Shown here piece by piece: positions 62,761 to 64,000 of a stretch of DNA of 64,000 nt. The translations under genes were made by a program, and so were the position numbers. This DNA is from Octopus sinensis (Eukaryota). Each line of letters starts with the position of its first letter. Position 1 is the first letter of the stretch. The stretch lies in contig NC_043007.1 of assembly GCF_006345805.1 (NCBI RefSeq), forward strand, positions 62,310,001 through 62,374,000, read 5' to 3'. The notes beneath the pieces are model-generated. The model worked only from the letters and a program-made list of their open reading frames with translations. It ran no database searches and had not been told where the DNA came from.

Positions 62761-64000
62761 TACATGTGTTTGCATGCAAGCCTGTGACTCTGTAAATGTG
62801 TGTGTGTGCGTGTGCATGTGTGTGTGTGTGCACGTGTGTGTGTGTGTGTGAGAGAGAGAGTGAGAATGTGAATTCATTAAATGAATTATACTCTGAACCT
62901 TACTTATTGGTACAAATGATAAATGCTAGAGTCTGATATTTGTATAGATTTTTGTATGCATATTAGTGTGCACATTATCGCACACACATCCACACATACA
63001 TACACACACACTCATACACTACAGACATATTCTGATATGCTCATATATAACTATATCTGTGTGTTTAGAAGTGCATGTGTGAGAGTATGTGTGTAATATG
63101 GTTCTTATTGAGAACACCATATGAACATTCAGTAACAAAGAATAAGATGCAGCCACATGGATTGTATAGTGCAGTTGTTCCTACCTCTGCCACACTTAGC
63201 ATATGCTCTCATAAATGTGGAAACTATGGAAGGGTGGTTTTTACATCATCCCATACACACATGATACCTCAATGTCTATAACAACAATGAGCACATCTAA
63301 AAAAAAATTAAGAAAAATTTATTATTAGATAATCTGCATAAAGAATTTGTTTAAAAGTTTAAGTGGAACCAGCTTGCATAGCATCCTACTCTTTTTTTAA
63401 TTGTGCAGCCTGGACTAATACACATATGTTATAAAGCACACACTAAAGGACACATACTAGAAAAGTGGCGTCACAGCTCATTTCTACAGCTGAGTGAACT
63501 AGAGCAATGTGAATAAAGTGACTTGCTCAAGAACACACAGCCCAGCCCAGGAATCGAACTCACTACCTCATGATTGTGAGCTCAACACTCTAACCACTGA
63601 GCAGAAGGAAAACATTGATGTTGATCACCTTTATAGTCAGAGTCTACATCATGGAAGTTTTTTGTGACCAAAGTTTGTCAAATAATCCTTTCTATTATAG
63701 GCACAAGCCCTGAAATTTTGGTGGGACAGGGTAGTCAATTACATCAACCCTAGTGCGCAACTGGTACTTATTTCATCAACCAGAAAAGGATGAAAGACAA
63801 AGTCAACCTCTCTGAAATTTGAACTCACTGCATAAAGCCAGAAGAAATGCAGCTGAGCATTTTATCCAGTGTTCTAACAATTCTACTAGTTCCACACCTC
63901 AAATTTGTCTAATGATATCATATAGCTAAGCAGACTGCAGGCACAAAACACAGATTTCACCACCTGCTATCATGGTTGAAAATTTTTTGATTAGATTTTC

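Noticed and set aside
62364-62765. 133-aa ORF rich in V, D, N and S
   Set aside because: Degenerate trinucleotide repeat; no splice signals or domain.
50723-64000. Further exons of the PH-domain gene
   Set aside because: Candidate acceptors (e.g. 55255, about 58698) run into stops or give no PH-like continuation.

Overview
Eukaryotic, AT-rich, repeat-dense genomic DNA. The SINE, RTE and MITE families and the microsatellite load suggest a cephalopod (Octopus); this is inference from recalled repeat families. Two host genes are supported, both on the + strand. (1) BROX (BRO1-domain, CaaX protein): ten coding exons from 6780 to 29536 join with consistent phases and end in TGCLIS-stop; the first coding exon was not found and probably lies upstream of the window. 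(2) The first coding exon (50342-50722) of an unidentified PH-domain protein, in a CpG-rich region. The rest is decayed mobile DNA: RTE and R4/Dong LINE pieces, tRNA-type SINEs, several mariner derivatives (one built from two 5' ends, one from two 3' ends), an internally deleted piggyBac, an intron-containing Tigger/pogo, a maT/DD37D remnant, hAT MITEs, a Helitron and Penelope-like remnants. The most notable signal is a set of type I hammerhead ribozyme motifs from about five unrelated sequence families (about 19.9, 41.3, 47.4, 47.7/48.1 and 55.2 kb, plus a degenerate one at 14.3 kb). All have short palindromic or near-palindromic stem III and several sit in fold-back repeats. The copy at 55162-55261 has a perfect core. 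Inside introns the intact copies are antisense to the host gene and the sense copies are broken. Most ORF-track entries are microsatellite or repeat artefacts.
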